From a candidate division FCPU426 bacterium (lineage in GTDB: Bacteria > Oederibacteriota > Muellerivitia > Muellerivitales > Muellerivitaceae), in the NCBI GenBank assembly GCA_963719085.1, contig CAVRAL010000004.1, forward strand, positions 704,001-768,000: a stretch of DNA of 64,000 bases, given 5' to 3'. Shown one piece after another: positions 19,293 through 28,097 of the stretch; the first letter of the stretch is position 1, and every line of letters begins with the position of its first letter. The notes beneath the pieces are model-generated. The model worked only from the letters and a program-made list of their open reading frames with translations, was not told where the DNA came from and made no database searches. Both the position numbers and the translations under genes were made by a program.

Positions 19293-21962
19293 CTAGGCTG
19301 TTTTTTCTTCCGCCCGCGCGGGCAAATCGAGCGTAAATTCCGCCCCATTTCCCTTTTCACTTCTGACCGAAATCCGGCCTTCTTGTTCCTGCAAGATCCT
19401 AAAACAAAGGCTCAGCCCCAATCCCATTCCTTGCCCGACGTCTTTGGTGGTAAAAAAAGGATCAAAAATCTTATCCATGACTTGCGGGTCGATCCCCGCC
19501 CCGTTGTCCCGGACTTTAATGAGAACCCGGTTGTTTTCTTCCCGGCTTTCAATGAAAAGCCGGGCTTCATCCTTCTCGAATTTCTTTTCTTTTAAGGCGT
19601 CGCCGGCGTTCTGGATCAAGTTGATGAAAACCTGCACCATTTTATTACTGTCCGCCAGCATGGTTTGTTCTTCCGGAATATTCACTTCCACTTTCACGTG
19701 GTCTTTTAACTCATGGCTTAAAAAACGTAAGGCCGTGTCCACAACCCCCTTCACCTCGATTAAATCCTTGCCCCCCCCCATGTGGGGATGGGTGAACGTC
19801 CGAAGGTCGGTGACGATCCGCTTCACCCTTTGGACACCGTCTTCGATATCGTCCAACACTTCCGTGTAAACCGGGCGTTCGGCTTCGGGCAGTTGGTCTT
19901 TTTTTGTTCTTAGAACATACAGGGCCTGGGCCGCATAGTTAAGCGGATTATTAATTTCATGGATAAGCCCGGCGCTTAAGCGGCCGAGTGAGGCCATTTT
20001 TTCATTTTGAACCAACTGTCCTTCGGTTTCTTTCAATTGTTCGAGTGTCGATTCCAGTGCATTTTTCTCGCGCGCCAAATCACGCTGATAATGGTGGGAT
20101 TCGACCAAATTTTTCACGCGAACGTGCAATTCGGTCGTGGAAAAAGGCTTTGACAAAAAATCGCTGGCTCCCGACTCAAGCGCCCGCATTTTGGTCTCAT
20201 CATCCGCGCGGGCCGTGAGCAAAATAATGGGGATTCCCTGGGTGGAAACCTGATTTTTGAGCTCCCGGCACACTTCAATACCGTCTTTTTCGGGCATCAT
20301 CATGTCGAGCAGGATTAAATCCGGGAGAAATTGACGGGATTTTTCCAAGGCTTGCTGCCCGTCCACGGCTTCAATGACCTCGTATTGTTTTTGAAGTTGG
20401 GTTTTTAAAAATCCCAGCATGTCCGGCTCATCATCGGCGATGAGCAATTTCGGCTTGCGGCCCAAGGCGTAAGAATCCGGCCGCAGGGTATCGGCCAAGG
20501 AGGCCATCGTGGGAAAAAGTTCGGCCCTTCGATAAAGTTTTGACAGCCATTCATCCGGTTCCGGGGCGCTGCCGGCCTGACCGGAGGCCTCCTTTTTAAT
20601 TTCCCGGGTTTCGCCTCCCGCGGCCGGCGCCGGAGCGGCTTCATAGGGCAGTTTCACGCTCATCACCGTGCCCTTTCCACTCTCGCTTTGAACGCTCACT
20701 TCGCCGCCTTGGACCTCGGTGAGTTCTTTGACCAACGCCAATCCGATTCCCGTTCCCTGGTATTTGCGGTTGGACGCAGAGTCCGCCTGCCAAAAACGGT
20801 CAAAAATAAACGGAAGATTTTGCGCGGCAATGCCCATACCCGTATCCCGAACTTGCAAAAGAAGAAATGCCTCCTTCTTCTCGGCCTTTAATTCCACCCG
20901 CCCGCCCGCGGGGGTAAACTTCAAGGCGTTAAAGGTGAGATTGAGCACAATTTTTTCCAGTTTATCCCGGTCCAAAAGAACCGTTTCCACTTCCGGAGCG
21001 ACCGTCGTGGTTAAGGCCACCCGCTTATCCCGGGCCACGGCGGATACGGATTGGGTTAGGCCCCGCAAAAACTCGGCTATCGCTACCGGCTCTTTTTTAA
21101 CTTCCATACGCCCGGATTCCAATTTCACTAAATCCAGTAAGTCATTGATCAATTTCAAAAGCCGCAAAGCGTTGCCATGCATAATCTTCAAGGTTCCCCG
21201 GGTTTCCTCGTCCATCCAATTGGCTTTGAGCTGCTGCAGGCTTTCCAAGGGGGCGATCAAAAGCGTTAAGGGCGTCCGCAGTTCGTGGCTGATATTGGCG
21301 AAAAATTGGCTTTTCATCCGGTCAAGCTCGACAAGTTTGCGGTTGTTTTCTTCCAAGGCTTTTTTGTTTTGATCCAACTCAAACCGCAGAACGAACTCCC
21401 GAATGCGCAGCCGATTCGTGAAATAAGTTCCGATGACCGCGAAAGTCGCGGTGAGAGACAAAAAATAAAGATTATTGAAAAAAATGCCGCCGAAATACTC
21501 GTTTCCGTGGCCCACACAAGCGGCCACGTAAATCATCAGGGTGGCGACACAAACAATTAAGGTTTCCTGGTAAGTCCAGGGAACCAGCAGGCAAAAAGCC
21601 ACCAAAACCACGTTTAAGCCGGCGTAGTAGGGAGACACCGCCCCTTCGGTCGAGTAAATCATCCAGGTGATCGCCCCCAGCGGCAACATGGGTAAAATCA
21701 GGAATAAAAGACGGTCATGCCGCAAACCCCAACGGCTGTAAAAAAGCCCGAAAAGCAATCCCACCAAAGCCGAACACATCAACCGAAGTTCCAAGAAATA
21801 ATGAACCTGCTTGGGATAAACCTGCATATCCAGCGAGATGCCCGCGGGCATGGCGATAATGGCGACCCAGCAGATGATCTTAAACAGGCGCCTTCGCTCG
21901 AGTTTGTTGTAGTCCTCGAACGCCTTTTTAACCTCGGGCTGATGGATCAGATCGTTGCTCAT
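19293..21962 (-). CDS. Membrane hybrid sensor kinase, TM-HisKA-HATPase-REC-HisKA-HATPase (PhcS-like input)
   Basis: About 6 N-terminal TM helices, ISHELRTPL, NALKFT, GTGIGL, REC (ADDEPD, LLDMMMP), IHEINNPL, GMGLGL. Confidence 0.9.
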   Translation of the reverse strand: MSNDLIHQPEVKKAFEDYNKLERRRLFKIICWVAIIAMPAGISLDMQVYPKQVHYFLELRLMCSALVGLLFGLFYSRWGLRHDRLLFLILPMLPLGAITWMIYSTEGAVSPYYAGLNVVLVAFCLLVPWTYQETLIVCVATLMIYVAACVGHGNEYFGGIFFNNLYFLSLTATFAVIGTYFTNRLRIREFVLRFELDQNKKALEENNRKLVELDRMKSQFFANISHELRTPLTLLIAPLESLQQLKANWMDEETRGTLKIMHGNALRLLKLINDLLDLVKLESGRMEVKKEPVAIAEFLRGLTQSVSAVARDKRVALTTTVAPEVETVLLDRDKLEKIVLNLTFNALKFTPAGGRVELKAEKKEAFLLLQVRDTGMGIAAQNLPFIFDRFWQADSASNRKYQGTGIGLALVKELTEVQGGEVSVQSESGKGTVMSVKLPYEAAPAPAAGGETREIKKEASGQAGSAPEPDEWLSKLYRRAELFPTMASLADTLRPDSYALGRKPKLLIADDEPDMLGFLKTQLQKQYEVIEAVDGQQALEKSRQFLPDLILLDMMMPEKDGIEVCRELKNQVSTQGIPIILLTARADDETKMRALESGASDFLSKPFSTTELHVRVKNLVESHHYQRDLAREKNALESTLEQLKETEGQLVQNEKMASLGRLSAGLIHEINNPLNYAAQALYVLRTKKDQLPEAERPVYTEVLDDIEDGVQRVKRIVTDLRTFTHPHMGGGKDLIEVKGVVDTALRFLSHELKDHVKVEVNIPEEQTMLADSNKMVQVFINLIQNAGDALKEKKFEKDEARLFIESREENNRVLIKVRDNGAGIDPQVMDKIFDPFFTTKDVGQGMGLGLSLCFRILQEQEGRISVRSEKGNGAEFTLDLPARAEEKTA

Positions 21963-23374
21963 TTTGGTTTTCTTATTTCAAGGAAAACATTAATGCCCGT
22001 AACATCCAAATTCACGGTCCAGGAACCCTCCGGAGCCGCTTCGGGTTTGACCAGTTTCATTTGCGCCGCGTCCCGGTAAATCAAATGCCATTCCATAAAA
22101 CTTTCCATGACATTTTGGAAAGGGTTCGAGGGGGTCACATTGGTGGCCAACAAAAGGCCTCCCGGCGCCAATAGACTGTAAAAATAATCCATCAACTTTT
22201 TGCAAATCCGATCCTCCAAATAATCGAACAAACCGGCGCAATAGATAAAATCGTAGGTTTTTTCCGGCGGCCCCGTGACAGGCTTGAAGGATTCTTTCAA
22301 AATGTGGTTGACGGACTTTTTGACCATCTTGATGGGGGTTCTTCGAAGATGGCGCCTTTTTATTTCTTCCAATGTTTTTCCGGTAAACGCCAAAGTCTCG
22401 TCGTTAAAATCCATTAATTCAAACTCGGCCTTGTCGCAAATCTCGTCTTGGATCAGAAAATTTTGAACTTCCTGCGCGGGGCCGCAAGCCATATTTAAAA
22501 ACGAGGCGACCCGTTTTTCCCGGGCGGCCCGCTCCGTTTCCTCGCTCAACTTCCGCACTAAATGCTTGATTCGATTTCGGTGGGCCTCGCAAGGCGGGGC
22601 GTTGACGAACCAAAAGTTGACGATTTTGGCGAACAGCGAACTGCCCTGAAGCGGATCGCCGAGCATCATGTTGACCATCTCATAATCACCGGCGTATCCC
22701 AGTGGCTTTTGAAAACTCCGGTAGACAAAGGGAGAACAAAGGACGATGGGGTGAATCTGCCGCCGGCTGTAGGAGCGGTGGGTGGACCGCACGTCGCTGG
22801 GTAAACTGGAAATGGTTTCCTCGAACCTTTCAAACAAAGAGCCGACGGCCGGGGTAATGGGGTTTTTTAATTCTTGGATCGAATCCCTCTCCATTTGGAT
22901 CCGGTCCCCCGAAGGCTCCGAGCGGATGCTTAATTCCACTTGTTCCAGCCAACGCCTCATGTCCAACAGGAAAGTTTGCATATCGGCGATGACAACCTTT
23001 AACTCATTGGAAATGAGATGGATTTTCTCCCATTCCTTCAAGAATTCGGCGAATTCGTTTTGAAGTTTGTCTTTTTGGTGGATGGAAGTGAAAATATCCA
23101 CATCCAGCCAGTTTTCTTCCAAGGTGCATTCGCAAACCAACAGGATGCCGGTGTTGACTAGATTGCTGACGACCGCCCGACCGGAATAAACCATCCGGTC
23201 ATTCATGATCATTCTAAAATCGGTTAAAACTTCAGATAATTGGAGAATGCTGTAAGGGTTGTAAACCTCAAAAACCACCGTGTAACGCGTGAGCCTGAGC
23301 AAGGTCGCTCGAAATTCCGTGCCTTGGCTGTTACGGCATACAATGAAAGTGTCTTTACCCGTTGAGATCGACAT
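21959..23374 (-). CDS. phcB: Class I SAM methyltransferase, PhcB-like (3-hydroxy fatty acid methyl ester synthase family)
   Basis: KPLGYAGDYEMVN, SAM motif NMACGPAQE, YDFIYCAGLFDY, LAPGG; followed by sensor and receiver-kinase as in phcBSR; family recognised from memory, not by search. Confidence 0.7.
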   Translation of the reverse strand: MSISTGKDTFIVCRNSQGTEFRATLLRLTRYTVVFEVYNPYSILQLSEVLTDFRMIMNDRMVYSGRAVVSNLVNTGILLVCECTLEENWLDVDIFTSIHQKDKLQNEFAEFLKEWEKIHLISNELKVVIADMQTFLLDMRRWLEQVELSIRSEPSGDRIQMERDSIQELKNPITPAVGSLFERFEETISSLPSDVRSTHRSYSRRQIHPIVLCSPFVYRSFQKPLGYAGDYEMVNMMLGDPLQGSSLFAKIVNFWFVNAPPCEAHRNRIKHLVRKLSEETERAAREKRVASFLNMACGPAQEVQNFLIQDEICDKAEFELMDFNDETLAFTGKTLEEIKRRHLRRTPIKMVKKSVNHILKESFKPVTGPPEKTYDFIYCAGLFDYLEDRICKKLMDYFYSLLAPGGLLLATNVTPSNPFQNVMESFMEWHLIYRDAAQMKLVKPEAAPEGSWTVNLDVTGINVFLEIRKPK

Positions 23375-23442
23375 GGATCCCTTTCCCCAAGGCTTAAAAT
23401 CGACTTATCTTACACGACTCTTAAAAAAAAAATCCCGAAGGC

Positions 23443-24990
23443 TCAGTTCCCCTTGAAAACCCGCAGCAAGGTTCCCAACCCATGTTGCGCGCTCACTCCC
23501 AATAGACCGCCCATCATGGCGCCGGCGATCCCCAATCCCCCCACATCCGCCCCCACCAAGGACAAACCCTTCAAGGGAGTCTTGGCTTTAAGGCTTTTAA
23601 GCCCGTATCGGCGGGGGGTTCCGGGATAACCATAAATGGCCCCTTTTCGGTGGCTGGTGAAATGTTCCACCGAAAGCGGAGTGGACAATTCGGCGAAAGC
23701 GATTTGGGCTCGAAAACCGGGAATACGGCTTTCCACAAAATCCAAAAGGGTTTCGGTGATTTTTTCCTTCAACCTTTGGTATTCGGGCCCCCGCCCCATC
23801 CACTTTTTCCCGCTCCAATCCTGAAAAACGGAATAATCCAGGGGCGCGATAATTTCCGCGGTCGGTCTCATCGCGGCCGGATCCTTCAGCCCCGGAAAAG
23901 AAAGATAACAAGACGAAGCCGTTCCCTGGGCCAATTGGTTTCGGTTTTCCCAAATAACATCGTGGTCAAAGCTGTTATAAATCCAAAAATTTTGACCGTG
24001 GATGCCCAAATGCTCACAACGGGATTTTAGCCCCAGATAAAGGGTCACAACGCCATAGGGAGAAACGGAGGAGATTTCCCTCATTTCATCCTCGTCGATC
24101 AACCCCGGCGGCAAAAGTTCTCCGTAAGTGGCTTGCGCTCCCGCGTCCGAATAGATCTCGGAGGCCTTTACCGTTCGGGGCCCCCGGGAATCTTCCAGCT
24201 CCACCCCGATGGCTTTTGTTCCTTCCATCAAAATCCGCCGTACCCGGCTTCTGACTTTCAGCTCGCCGCCGGCCTCTTGAACCACCTTGGCGATGGCCAA
24301 GCCTAAAGAGGCGCCCGAACCCACCGGATAATAACCCCCTTCGAGATAATGATGGGCGATGACCGCGTGGGTCCCCAGACTCGCCGATTGCGGAGGCAAA
24401 CCGTAGTCCCCCCATTGGGAGGCCACCACGCCTTTCAATCGTTGATCTTGAAACCGGTGATCCAGGTATTTCTTTAAAGGTTGAAGGGCCATTTCCCGGC
24501 ATCGTTGAAAATAATCTTTCTGTCTTTGGCTGCGGCCCGGTCCGGCGAACTGGCCCGGAAGATGGCGCGTCACTAAATCCAAATCACGGAAATAACGCCG
24601 AAGATTCGCTTTCTCCGCCGGAAAAACGCCGGCGAGTTTTTTTAAATAAGCTTCCCGGCCCGAGGGAACCTCAAATTTAAAACCCGGGTAGAGGAATGTT
24701 TCAAAAGGATCTTTCATTTGGACCCAATCGACGCCGCCGCCGGTAATGAAATCCATGGCCCGCCTTAAGGGATTGTTGAGATTCATCTCGCCGACATAAT
24801 GCAATCCCACGTCCCAATGGTAGCCGCCGGGACGTTGGAAGGTATGCGTAAAACCTCCCAGCTTGAAATGCTGTTCAAGCACTAAAACCCGGTAGCCTTT
24901 TATCCGGGCGAGAGCGGCGGCGGCCGCCAATCCGCCGATGCCCGAACCAATAACGATCGCGTCGTAGGAGTCCTCTTTTTCCATCGTCAC
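23443..24990 (-). CDS. FAD oxidoreductase, phytoene desaturase/all-trans-retinol saturase family
   Basis: IGSGIGG, VLEQH..GG..HTF, WDVGLHYVG, STPL..EHF..GAIYG; GTGA overlap with PPTase stop. Confidence 0.85.
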   Translation of the reverse strand: MTMEKEDSYDAIVIGSGIGGLAAAAALARIKGYRVLVLEQHFKLGGFTHTFQRPGGYHWDVGLHYVGEMNLNNPLRRAMDFITGGGVDWVQMKDPFETFLYPGFKFEVPSGREAYLKKLAGVFPAEKANLRRYFRDLDLVTRHLPGQFAGPGRSQRQKDYFQRCREMALQPLKKYLDHRFQDQRLKGVVASQWGDYGLPPQSASLGTHAVIAHHYLEGGYYPVGSGASLGLAIAKVVQEAGGELKVRSRVRRILMEGTKAIGVELEDSRGPRTVKASEIYSDAGAQATYGELLPPGLIDEDEMREISSVSPYGVVTLYLGLKSRCEHLGIHGQNFWIYNSFDHDVIWENRNQLAQGTASSCYLSFPGLKDPAAMRPTAEIIAPLDYSVFQDWSGKKWMGRGPEYQRLKEKITETLLDFVESRIPGFRAQIAFAELSTPLSVEHFTSHRKGAIYGYPGTPRRYGLKSLKAKTPLKGLSLVGADVGGLGIAGAMMGGLLGVSAQHGLGTLLRVFKGN

Positions 24991-25763
24991 CCGGCAGCCG
25001 CCGGCAAGGGGCTTAAATCCCGGGCACGATCATGACTCCTCGAATTCGAAAAAGAGATCAAGGATTCCGGATCCCAATCGTAAATTTGATATTGGCCGGG
25101 CGCGTCATTCTTATTTTTCGTGACCTGGGCCAAACAATAAACACCGCCTTCCAATGTCCGGGTGAAATATTCCCAGCCGCCCGATGAGGCGCGCTCGGGC
25201 GGGGGTAAAGGAACCGTAAATCCACTTAAAGAAAAACAAAGACCTTGCCCAAGGGCTTTGACCATCGCCTCTTTCATGGTGAATAACTGGAAAAAAAGGG
25301 GCCCTTGGGACTCAAGCGGTTGAGAACGAAGAAAGTCGATCTCCCGCGGGGAAAAATAGCGCTCGGCCAACCGCCGGCCCCGCTGAAAGGCTTCGGGGCT
25401 TAAATCAACTTTTTCAACATCAATACCCACTTCACACCAAGAAAATGAACAGGCGATCAATCCTTGGGTATGGGATAAATTAAACCGCAATCGGGTTTTC
25501 TCAAGAACCGGCTTTCCGCCTTCTTGAAAACCAAATCGGATCCGATGGGGGTCGCTTTTTAAGTAAAAGGCGGCGAGCTGCCGCAGGAGCAGACGGGACC
25601 ATAAATATTCCCGGCGCCGGCTTTCCAAGCCGAAATCGCCCATTCGCGACTGTTCGTCTTCCGATAAAAAAGAGGGACGATCGAGAACTGTTTCCTTTAT
25701 CCGAAACAGGTGGATATGAACCGCTTGGGGTTCCAAGGGGGCCGTTTCCCGTTCCAGTGTCAT
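24987..25763 (-). CDS. Sfp-type 4'-phosphopantetheinyl transferase
   Basis: GKP, FNLSHT, GIDVE, FTMKEA; AAGGAAGG RBS before ATG 25763 (alternative start 25796). Confidence 0.9.
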   Translation of the reverse strand: MTLERETAPLEPQAVHIHLFRIKETVLDRPSFLSEDEQSRMGDFGLESRRREYLWSRLLLRQLAAFYLKSDPHRIRFGFQEGGKPVLEKTRLRFNLSHTQGLIACSFSWCEVGIDVEKVDLSPEAFQRGRRLAERYFSPREIDFLRSQPLESQGPLFFQLFTMKEAMVKALGQGLCFSLSGFTVPLPPPERASSGGWEYFTRTLEGGVYCLAQVTKNKNDAPGQYQIYDWDPESLISFSNSRSHDRARDLSPLPAAAG

Positions 25764-25779
25764 AAATCCTTCCTTGATT

Positions 25780-26499
25780 TCAACCCATTCCCCCATCCAA
25801 AACGATCACGCTGCCAGTGAGATAATCCGGGGAGGACTCCGCCAGGAAAAAAACTATCTTGGAAACTTCTTCCACCTCGCAAAACCGGCGCAAGGGAACG
25901 GTTTGAAGAATGGCTTCCTTCGCCTGGGGTGATAACTTTTCAATCATGGGAGTGACAACTCCCCCCGGCGCCACCACATTGGCGATGACGCCGTAAGGCC
26001 CCGCTTCTTTGGCTAAGGCCTTGGTAAATCCGATAATGCCGGCTTTGGAAGCCGAATAATTGGCTTGGCCGGGAAGGCCGTGAATCCCGGAGATCGACGA
26101 GAGATTGATGACCCTCCCCTTTTTCTTTTTCAACATGTCGAAAACAAACCTGCGGGTGAGGTAAAAAACGCCGAAAAGATTCGTGTACAGCACATCCGTC
26201 CAATCCGAATCTTGCATGGAAAACAAAGGTTTGTCCCGGGTGATGCCGGCGTTGTTGACCAAAACGTCCACGCTTCCTTCTTCTTGAAGCACGGCCTTGC
26301 AAAATTGGTCGCAGGCTTCCCGATCCGCCACATCCAGGGCGTGGGCCTTTATTTTCCCCGCGAAACGGTTTTCCATTTCCCGCGCGGAGGCCTCATTGGA
26401 ATGAAAGGTAAAATGGACCTTCCATCCGGCGCCGGCGAATGTTTCAACCAAATTTTTGCCGATCCCCGAGGAGCCGCCCGAAATCACGATTTTTTTCAT
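25780..26499 (-). CDS. fabG: 3-oxoacyl-ACP reductase
   Basis: GGSSGIG, NNAGIT, GQANYSASK; ATG 26499 overlaps fabZ stop (ATGA). Confidence 0.9.
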   Translation of the reverse strand: MKKIVISGGSSGIGKNLVETFAGAGWKVHFTFHSNEASAREMENRFAGKIKAHALDVADREACDQFCKAVLQEEGSVDVLVNNAGITRDKPLFSMQDSDWTDVLYTNLFGVFYLTRRFVFDMLKKKKGRVINLSSISGIHGLPGQANYSASKAGIIGFTKALAKEAGPYGVIANVVAPGGVVTPMIEKLSPQAKEAILQTVPLRRFCEVEEVSKIVFFLAESSPDYLTGSVIVLDGGMG

Positions 26500-26948
26500 G
26501 GCGTTTTCAGCTTCCCGAATAAAAATTTCCCGGTTGCCACCACTTCGCCGTTCACCGTTCCTCTTCCCTCGATGATCCGGTTCGATCCGACGGCTTTGGT
26601 AATGGTCATATGAATCTCCAGTTGATCTCCCGGAACCAGGGGTTTCATAAATCGAAAGTCCGTCACCGCCCCGATCACGTCCACCACTCCCGGAAGCTCC
26701 CCTTCCTCGGTGATCCGGATCAAAATAGCCGCGGTTTGGGCGAAACATTCAATGGTGAGAACCCCCGGGAAAATCGGATTCCCGGGAAAATGACCGGGAA
26801 AATAGATTTCATTGACCGAGATATTTTTAATCGCCCGTAAGTCTTTTCCTTTTTCGAACGAAAGAACCCGATCCACCATCAAGACGGGAAAGCGTTGTTT
26901 TAAAAAAGATAGAACCGGAATTGGGCCCGATTCGTTTTCATTTGGCAC
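26496..26948 (-). CDS. fabZ: 3-hydroxyacyl-ACP dehydratase
   Basis: RFPVLMVDRV, KNISVNE, GHFPGNPIFPGVLTIE. Confidence 0.92.
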   Translation of the reverse strand: MPNENESGPIPVLSFLKQRFPVLMVDRVLSFEKGKDLRAIKNISVNEIYFPGHFPGNPIFPGVLTIECFAQTAAILIRITEEGELPGVVDVIGAVTDFRFMKPLVPGDQLEIHMTITKAVGSNRIIEGRGTVNGEVVATGKFLFGKLKTP

Positions 26949-27186
26949 GAAGCTGCTCTTCGATCATTTTGGCGGAGGAGTCAACCGTGGACATCTGGAC
27001 CAGTTGATCCGGGTCAATCGTGAGATTAAACTCGTTTTCCAATTTGGATAAAAACTCAAGGGCCCGCATGGAATCGTATTTCGCCATTTCGGTGAAGGAT
27101 TTGGACCCCGAAATATCCTCCGGCTGAAGGTCGAACATGCCGGCGATAATTCCCTTTATTTTCGATTGAATTTCAGTTAATTGCAT
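26938..27186 (-). CDS. Acyl carrier protein
   Basis: 82 aa acidic, YDSMRALE motif; AAAGGAG RBS before ATG 27186. Confidence 0.9.
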   Translation of the reverse strand: MQLTEIQSKIKGIIAGMFDLQPEDISGSKSFTEMAKYDSMRALEFLSKLENEFNLTIDPDQLVQMSTVDSSAKMIEEQLRAK

Positions 27187-27197
27187 TTTTTCTCCTT

Positions 27198-28097
27198 TTA
27201 TTTTTTGATTTTGATAAAAGATATTTTCCGTTCCGTTTTTGAGACGGCGGCGACCACTCCGCAAGAATAAGCGCTCGATAAAAAGTGATCCAACGAATCC
27301 GACCCGCCCAATCCCAGTTCTAAAACGGCGGGATTGGGTGAATGGCGGATCAGGCCTCTTGGAAAGCCGGATTCAAGAAAATGCTCTTCCGGAGCGCCCA
27401 ACCATTGCACGCCATTCCATAAAAGCTCAAACCGTTTTTGAAAACCGAGGGGTAGGCTTAAATCCCCCTTCAATTGCAGTGTGAAATAATCCACGACTTC
27501 AAATGAAGCGCCTTGGCTTGCGTCGCCGGAAGCTAATAAAAAGGTCGCGCCTTCCTTAAAAATCATCGCCGAATCGGGCGGCGCCGCCATGGATTTTAGA
27601 AAAGCCGGCGCCTTTTCCACCGCGCCCGCCAAACAAGTTTGAAAAAGCCCGCTGTTATAACCTTCCCAGGCAAAGCCAATGGCGTCCACGAACGAGGTGC
27701 TCCCATTAGTCAGGGTCACGTTCGGGCCTTTTAACTGAAACCATATTCCAATCCGGCTTCCGGCCGCGTTGGCCACGGTGTTGGGGAAATCCATGGGATT
27801 AACCGTATTCGGGCCGTTTAAAAGGGCTTGCGAGTCGAAATCCACCACGCTTTCCATCGAGGCAAAAGCGCTTCCGGCGATCACGGCGAAATTCCGGCGG
27901 GCGGCCTCTTCCAATCCCGCCGCCATTCCATTTAAAGCCCGTGCGGCGGCGATTCCCGCCAACAAGGACAAAGCGTCAATATATTTTGGGGAAACATCAG
28001 GAAAAGATTTTTGAAATTCGGCGGGCAAAGTCTCGATGGTTAACCCATTATTTCCCAGAAACGCGTTGCCTTGGCGGTGAATGATGAGCGGTTTCAA
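27198..28097 (-). CDS. Non-catalytic ketosynthase homologue / chain-length-factor-like protein
   Basis: NPMDFPNTVANAAG..KGPNVTL, catalytic Cys position reads NGSTS, no His motifs; TTG 28097 overlaps KS stop (TTGA). Confidence 0.75.
   Translation of the reverse strand: MKPLIIHRQGNAFLGNNGLTIETLPAEFQKSFPDVSPKYIDALSLLAGIAAARALNGMAAGLEEAARRNFAVIAGSAFASMESVVDFDSQALLNGPNTVNPMDFPNTVANAAGSRIGIWFQLKGPNVTLTNGSTSFVDAIGFAWEGYNSGLFQTCLAGAVEKAPAFLKSMAAPPDSAMIFKEGATFLLASGDASQGASFEVVDYFTLQLKGDLSLPLGFQKRFELLWNGVQWLGAPEEHFLESGFPRGLIRHSPNPAVLELGLGGSDSLDHFLSSAYSCGVVAAVSKTERKISFIKIKK

Noticed and set aside
23443..24990. Carotenoid biosynthesis cluster
   Set aside because: No phytoene synthase, prenyl synthase or cyclase; context is acyl-ACP metabolism
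26500..26748. Long N-terminal extensions in the ORF track (FabG, also CLF-like, AddA, PhcR-like, CobU)
   Set aside because: Overlap upstream genes or promoters; internal starts have RBS, ATGA/TTGA coupling or leaderless geometry
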